From an uncultured Gemmatimonadales bacterium (GTDB taxonomy: Bacteria > Gemmatimonadota > Gemmatimonadetes > Gemmatimonadales > GWC2-71-9): a stretch of DNA of 64,000 nucleotides. Positions 58,896 through 64,000 of the stretch are shown here, piece after piece; the first letter of the stretch is position 1; every line of letters begins with the position of its first letter. Position numbers and translations under genes: made by a program. The stretch lies in the NCBI GenBank assembly GCA_963840215.1, contig CAWIYG010000002.1, positions 533,087 through 597,086 of the forward strand, read 5' to 3'. Under the pieces are notes generated by a model. That model was not told where the DNA came from, made no database searches, and saw only the letters and a list, made by a program, of their open reading frames with translations.

Positions 58896-59624
58896 CTAGA
58901 ACGTCACGTGCGCCAGCGTCACTCCCTTCGGCTCGTTCGACCCATTCACCATCGGCTCCATCGTCAGCGCGGCGCCCATGACGGGCGCAGCCACGCCCGG
59001 CATCGGCAGGGTCATGAAGGCCGGGCGCCGGGTGTCCGCGGTGACCTCGACCGACCGTACCATGCCGGTCTCGGTGATGAACCAGAACTGGTACTTGCTG
59101 CCTGGAGGGGCGGGCGGGAGGCCGTGGACGATGACGCACCAGCGGTGCGAGACGGCGTCCTGAAAGATGAGCAGGCCGCCCTGCTCGTGGCCGTTCATCG
59201 AGATCTGCGTCTGCAGCACCATGTTGGCGCGGCGGAGGACCGACAGGGTGTCCTCCAGTGCCGCCAGCCGGCTCTCGCGGGAGGCGAGCCGTTCGCGCAG
59301 CTCGCGACCATCGCTCCGGGCGCTCATCGACACGCCCAGCGAGACGAGCGCGAGGCCGGCGGCCACCGCCAGGGGCAGATACCGCCGCCACCGGCTCGGC
59401 CGGTCGAGGATCTCGGCCGCCATCTGCCGGGCGAGTCCGGGAGGAGGTGCCACCGGGGCGACGCCCATCGGCAGCCATCCCAGCTCGCGCTCGAGTCGCG
59501 CCACTTCGCGCGTGCACTCGTCGCAGCGGATGAGGTGATCGCGAAAGGTCCGCTCCTCCCCGGACTCCAGGCTTCGGACGACGAACGCCGAGCGGTTTTC
59601 GATGTACCAGGCGTGGGCGGTCAT
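58896..59624 (-). CDS. membrane anti-sigma factor (zf-HC2-like N-terminus, one TM, RskA-like C-terminal domain)
   Basis: From ATG 59624 in ORF 58896..60278: MTAHAWYIENRSAFVVRSLESGEERTFRDHLIRCDECTREV...RYLPLAVAAGLALVSLGV...KYQFWFITETGMVRSVEV... ATGA overlap with the sigma gene stop. Confidence 0.75.
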   Translation of the reverse strand: MTAHAWYIENRSAFVVRSLESGEERTFRDHLIRCDECTREVARLERELGWLPMGVAPVAPPPGLARQMAAEILDRPSRWRRYLPLAVAAGLALVSLGVSMSARSDGRELRERLASRESRLAALEDTLSVLRRANMVLQTQISMNGHEQGGLLIFQDAVSHRWCVIVHGLPPAPPGSKYQFWFITETGMVRSVEVTADTRRPAFMTLPMPGVAAPVMGAALTMEPMVNGSNEPKGVTLAHVTF

Positions 59625-60224
59625 GCGATCCAATCCTTGATCGGCGCCAGGGACGTGCGAAGCTTGTCGAAGGCCAGGCGGAGCCGGGTCTTCACCGTGC
59701 CCATGGGGATGGCGAGCTGCCGGGCGATCTCGGAGTGGGTAAGGCCGCTGGAAATAGGCCAGCCGCACCGCCTCCCGCTGCTCCGGCGGCAGGGCCTCGA
59801 GCGCCGCATGCACCGACTCGTGCACGTGCCACCCCGGCTGGGCCGCCTCGTCGACCTCGACCGCGTGCACGCGGTCCGGCGGCAGCTCGCCAAGGCCTCC
59901 GCGCGCGCCAGCTTGAGCCGGAACCGGCGGCGGCGGCGGAGCCGGTCGATTGCGCGATTGCGGGCGATCCGCAGGAGCCACGGCAGCAGGGCATCGTGCT
60001 CGTCGCCCAGGCGATCGACCCGGTCCCAGGCCGCGGCAAAGGTCTCGAGAACCACCTCCCGCGCCTCCTCGGAGTCGCTCAGCATGCCCTGGGTGACGCC
60101 CAGGAGCCATGGACTGGCGACCTCGATGAGCTCGACCAGCGCCTGCTCGTCGCGGGCGACGAGGCGGCGCGCGAAGCGGTGGCCTCGCCCGCCAGCGTGA
60201 GTGGGCGCGCTCCCGGCGGTCCAT
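59621..60224 (-). CDS. ECF sigma factor; about three frameshifts
   Basis: ORF 59621..60436 gives region 2 (LLPWLLRIARNRAIDRLRRRRR) and region 4 (SGLTHSEIARQLAIPMGTVKTRLRLAFDKLR). The middle (VHESVHAALEALPPEQREAVRLAYF) is in ORF 58896..60278. The probable ATG 60224 (MDRRERAH) is in a third frame. Confidence 0.7.
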
Positions 60225-60480
60225 CCGGGACGGACCGGGTTCTCCCACGTTCGGCGCTCGGGTCGGGGCAGTGGGCACTTCGCCTCATTCCATGGCCTCG
60301 CGCCAGCGTCCTCAGCGAGACGGCGACAGGAGGCCCCGTCGATCAGCAAACGCCGCGGACGCTCAGCCGGTTTCGGCGGTTGCGAGTGGCCACCCCCCGA
60401 GTGCCCCACATGACGAAGGGGGCAGCGTTGACGCATGCCGCCTTCGTGGTGCCAGGAACCAGGTACGGCGACCGGAGCGG

Positions 60481-60702
60481 TCAGCGTCCGCCGGGCGTCG
60501 TGGCGCCAACAGGACCACGCCGCCGACGATGGCCAGCGCGCCGAGGAGCGGCGGACCGGCAGCGATTCCTTCTTGTCGGCCTCGCCTGGATCGGGCCGAG
60601 ATCGATCACCTTCTCCTTGTGGGTAAAGGAGAAGCCGCCGAACGCGAGGCCCGGCGATGCCGAGAATGATCAGGAGAATGCCGACGACACCGCCGGCTTC
60701 AT
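60481..60702 (-). CDS. small two-TM membrane protein; at least three frameshifts, weakly supported
   Basis: Manual minus-strand translation across shifts: MKPA/GVVGILLIILGIAG/LAFGGFSFTHKEKVIDLGPIQA/..ADKKESLPVPPLLGALAIVGGVVLLA... Confidence 0.3.
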
Positions 60703-60730
60703 ACGACTCTTCGTCCCTGGATCAGCTGGA

Positions 60731-60846
60731 TCAGCGGACGACGAGTGCGACGACCAGCAGCACGTGGATGAAGCCGCCCATCGTGTACGACGAGACCATG
60801 CCAAGCAGCCACAGCACCAACAGGACACGAAGACCGTCCACAGCAT
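60731..60846 (-). CDS. lmo0937-like very small membrane protein (about 38 aa); one frameshift
   Basis: GGGGAGG upstream of ATG 60846. MLWTVFV then (shift) LLVLWLLGMVSSYTMGGFIHVLLVVALVVR-stop, the latter visible at the end of ORF 60731..60970. Confidence 0.55.
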
Positions 60847-61108
60847 GACGCGCCTCCCCTGGATTGGAGCCGGAATGCGCGCCGGCGTTCGGGACTATCG
60901 CGCGGATCGCCGGTCCCGGAACCGCGCTACCATTGTCGAGTCGGAAAGCCCGTCGGTTTCGCACCGACACCGAGGTAAGCTTGCCGCCGGAACCGCGCGG
61001 TGATTGCAGTCACCGGTCCGGCATGCGCCCGGCACCCGACGGCGCTGGACGTCTCTGGCCCCTCGGTAGCTTGAGGCAGCGCCTCACTCCCCCTCTCGAC
61101 GGAAACAC

Positions 61109-63308
61109 ATGGCGACCCAGACCCAGATCCGACGGCTCCTCCGGGGCGCCCGTCTTCACGCCGTTCGTTCCGCCCGAGCAATCCCCCGCCGAGCTGACCA
61201 TCCGCGCGGTCGTCCTCGGCGCGCTGCTCGGCCTCGTGTTCGCCGCGTCGAGCGTGTACCTGGCGCTCAAGATCGGCCTCACCGTCTCGGCCTCGATCCC
61301 GATCGCGGTGCTCTCGGTGGCGTTCTTCCGGACGCTGGGGCGCTCGACGATCCTCGAGAACAACATCGTGCAGACCACCGGCTCCGCCGGCGAGTCGATC
61401 GCGGCGGGGATCGTCTTCACCCTGCCGGCGATCCTGCTCATGGGGTACGACCTCAGCGTGGGCAAGGTGGCGATCGTGGCGGTGGTGGGCGGCGTGATGG
61501 GCATCCTGCTGATGATCCCGCTCCGCCGGGCGCTCATCGTGAAGGAGCACGGCAACCTCACCTACCCGGAGGGCACCGCCTGCGCGGAGGTGCTGGTGGC
61601 GGGCGAGAAGGGCGGCCTGCAGGCCCGGCGGCTGTTCCAGGCCTTCGGCCTCGCGTTCACCTACAAGTTCCTGATGTCGGGACTCAAGGCCTGGAAGGAG
61701 TATCCGGGCTGGGTGTCCAGCGGCTACAAGGGCGCCTCCATCTCCGCCGAGGTCTCGCCCGAGCTGCTCGGGGTGGGCTACATCATCGGGCCGCGCATCG
61801 CCGGCTATCTCTTCTCCGGCGGCTGCCTCGCGTACCTGGTGCTCATCCCGGCCATCAAGCTGTTCGGCAGCGGCCTCACCAAGCCGATCTTCGCCGAGAC
61901 CAAGCTCATCGCCGACATGAGCCCGGGCGAGGTGCGGGCCAACTTCGTGTTCTACATCGGCGCCGGCGCCGTGGCCTCGGCCGGCATCATCGCGCTGCAT
62001 CCGCGCGCTGCCGACGATCGCTGGGCGCGTTCCGCTCGGGCTTCCAGGATCTGCGCGGGAGCCTGGGCGACACGGCTGCGCGGCTCCGCACCGACCTCGA
62101 CCTTCCCGATCTGGGTGACGCTGGTCGGCGCCGTCGGCGCTGGCGCTGCTGCTCACCGTGCTGCCGCAGCTCGCGGTCAACCTGCTCGGCGCCCTCCTGA
62201 TCGTCGTCTTCGGCTTCTTCTTCGTGGTGGTGTCCTCGCGCATCACCGGTGAGATCGGAGTCAGCGCCAATCCGGTCTCGGGCATGACCATCGCCGCCCT
62301 CATCGGCACGACGGCGATCTTCCTGCTCATCGGCTGGACCGGGGTGGACCATCGGGTCGGCGCGATCTCCATCGCGGGCGTGATCGCCGTGGCCGCGAGC
62401 AACGCCGGCGCCACCAGCCAGGATCTCAAGACCGGCTTTCTCGTCGGCGCCACGCCGCGCCGACAGCAGATCGCCATCATGGTCGGCGCGGTGACGTCGG
62501 CGCTCGCCATCGGCTGGACCCTCACGCTGCTCAACACCACCTACACGAACATCGTCCCCGAGCCGCACCCCGGTGTCACCCTCGAAGCCGCGGCGCCCGG
62601 AGCGGCCGACCGCTCGGTCACCACGCTCGGCGAGCGGATGCAGCACGACGGCCGGGAATGGGAAGTCGTCCGGGTGAACCTTCCGACCGAGGGCGTGCAG
62701 CCGGGCAAGTACCTGATCGACCCGGCGGTCGCACGAGGTGGCGTACCTGGTCGACCCGGGCATCGGCGGCCGGATCCGGGAGATCGACGGGAAGCCGATC
62801 ACCAAGCTCGACTCGCCCAAGGCCACGATCATGGCGCTGGTCACCGACGGCATCCTGACCCAGAAGCTGCCCTGGGGGCTGGTCCTGATCGGCGTGTTCC
62901 TCACCATCGCGATCGAGCTCATGGGCCTGCAGTCCCTGCCGATCGCGGTCGGCGTCTACCTGCCGATCTCGACCTCGGCGGCCATGTTCGCCGGCGGGGT
63001 GGTGCGATGGCTGGTCGAGCGGCGGGCCCGCGGCAGCGGCGCGGTCGATCGCGGAGGTCGAGTCGGGTCCGGGCGTGCTCTTCTCGAGCGGTCTCATCGC
63101 CGGCGGCGCCCTCGCCGGCGTGGCGATCGCCGGCATGGCGGCCGCGCTGGTGCGACGGGCCGAAGCGGCCCAGGTGCCGGCGGCCGACTACCTCGCGCAC
63201 GTCACGGGGCTGCAGGCGGCCCTCGGCGCCGCCGCGGGGAATGACCTCGTCGCGCTGGCGGTGTTCGGGCTGCTGGCGGGGGCGCTCTACCGGGTCGCGG
63301 GACGCTGA
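61109..63308 (+). CDS. OPT-family oligopeptide transporter; about six frameshifts
   Basis: [49 protein letters not shown]... (ORF 60864..62252), ...[25 protein letters not shown]...[18 protein letters not shown] (62158..63483), ...[21 protein letters not shown]...VGVYLPI (62738..63244), ...[15 protein letters not shown]... (63075..63308). Confidence 0.8.
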
Positions 63309-63311
63309 GGG

Positions 63312-63734
63312 ATGGCGCGGGCCGATGCCATCTCACCCTCGATCAGCGCCCGCATCATTCACGGCGCCCTGGTCTTCGGCATCCTCATGTTCGGCGCAGT
63401 GGCCTTCGTCATTCAGGATCGCTCGATCCCGGCGGCGGCGCTGCCCGACCGGCGCGTGCTGTACCTGGCGCTCACGCTGGTGAGCGCCACGCTGTTCGGC
63501 GCCGCCGCCTTCCGCACCGGGCGGCTGCCCGCGCCCGCCCGCGGCGCCTCGGAAGACGACTGGTGGTCGGCCAACCTCGGGCGGGTGCTGGTCAGCTGGG
63601 CCATGGTCGAGGCTCCCACGCTGCTCGGCCTGGTGATCTACACGCTGACCCATGACTTCCGGACCCTGCTCGCCCCCTTCATCGGCCTGCTGCTCTTCGC
63701 CAACTACCGCCCCCGCCGACTCACCGAGCGCTGA
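63312..63734 (+). CDS. membrane protein of unknown function (4 predicted TM segments)
   Basis: Intact 140-aa ORF: ...IIHGALVFGILMFGAVAFVI...LYLALTLVSATLFGAAAF...VLVSWAMVEAPTLLGLVIY... Confidence 0.55.
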   Translation: MARADAISPSISARIIHGALVFGILMFGAVAFVIQDRSIPAAALPDRRVLYLALTLVSATLFGAAAFRTGRLPAPARGASEDDWWSANLGRVLVSWAMVEAPTLLGLVIYTLTHDFRTLLAPFIGLLLFANYRPRRLTER

Positions 63735-64000
63735 TGCGGGTCGTCACCCTGCTGCCGGGCGCGACTGAGATCGTCGCGGCGCTGGGCGGCGCCGGATCGC
63801 TGGTCGCCGTCTCGCACGAGTGCGACTTTCCCGCCTCGGTCCCGCACCTGCCGCGGGTGACATCCACGCCGCTCGACCCGAACCTCCCGGGCGCGGCCAT
63901 CGACGCGGAGGTCCGGCGCCTCCGGGAGGCGGGCCGGGCCGTGATCGCGGTCGAGGCCGACGCGCTGCGGCGCCTGGCACCGGACCTGATCATCACCCAG
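63734..64000 (+). CDS. periplasmic substrate-binding protein of a cobalamin/siderophore-type ABC system (BtuF/FecB-like), partial
   Basis: ATG 63734 overlaps the upstream TGA by 1 nt. MRVVTLLPGATEIVAALGGAGSLVAVSHECDFPASVPHLPRVTS...LAPDLIITQ. It runs off the window, so it is not in the ORF track. Confidence 0.65.
   Translation, partial: MRVVTLLPGATEIVAALGGAGSLVAVSHECDFPASVPHLPRVTSTPLDPNLPGAAIDAEVRRLREAGRAVIAVEADALRRLAPDLIITQ

Noticed and set aside
60430-60460. Minus-strand CTGGCAC-cacga-AGGC as a sigma-54 promoter for the ECF sigma gene.
   Set aside because: The -24 box is good but the -12 region (AGGC) departs from TTGC/TGCA. It is too weak to report as a feature.

Overview
Very GC-rich (by eye, not computed) 64-kb chromosomal segment from a Gram-negative bacterium. 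The gene content (CarboxypepD_reg-type TonB-dependent receptor, Kup, OPT, ZAS/ECF pairs) loosely suggests Gemmatimonadota-like, but that is a guess. I can support about 65 genes, mostly housekeeping and envelope functions.

Gene content, in window order:
- A TonB-dependent receptor with a secreted partner, then an M24 peptidase.
- Two ECF sigma/anti-sigma pairs plus an orphan ZAS anti-sigma factor.
- A tightly coupled FAD-oxidoreductase / flavin reductase / methyltransferase / SRPBCC / KAS-II cassette.
- aqpZ, then ccmABCD behind a CheY-like receiver.
- An operon of a small protein, DsbA, VKOR and two tandem kup paralogs.
- An M16 peptidase and a TPR protein.
- A TetR gene next to a collapsed efflux operon.
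- A histidine kinase and NtrC-type activator, followed by pqqABCDE and an ABC-2 exporter.
- pruA, PAP2, cutA, trxC, an acyl-ACP desaturase, yggT, metH, a YitJ-like MetF fusion, an acyl-CoA dehydrogenase, PBP4 and an OPT transporter.

I saw no rRNA, tRNA, CRISPR array, transposase, integrase or recognisable defence system.

Two real small genes are missing from the ORF track: pqqA (24 codons) and ccmD (47 codons).

Many genes are broken by frameshifts, and the breaks are strongly clustered. About 25-50 kb is clean, while 1.7-9.2, 19.4-22.8, 50-56.3 and 59.6-63.3 kb are dense. I therefore report outer bounds of the reconstructed genes and treat the breaks as probable indel errors until reads say otherwise.

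The most interesting candidates are:
- A sigma-54-type promoter linking the adjacent NtrC-family two-component system to pqqA-E and a translationally coupled ABC-2 transporter.
- The orphan KAS/SRPBCC/methyltransferase/flavoprotein cassette.
- An octamer microsatellite that forms a giant hairpin and also encodes the CcmD tail.

All functional calls come from motif recognition by eye. No database search was run.
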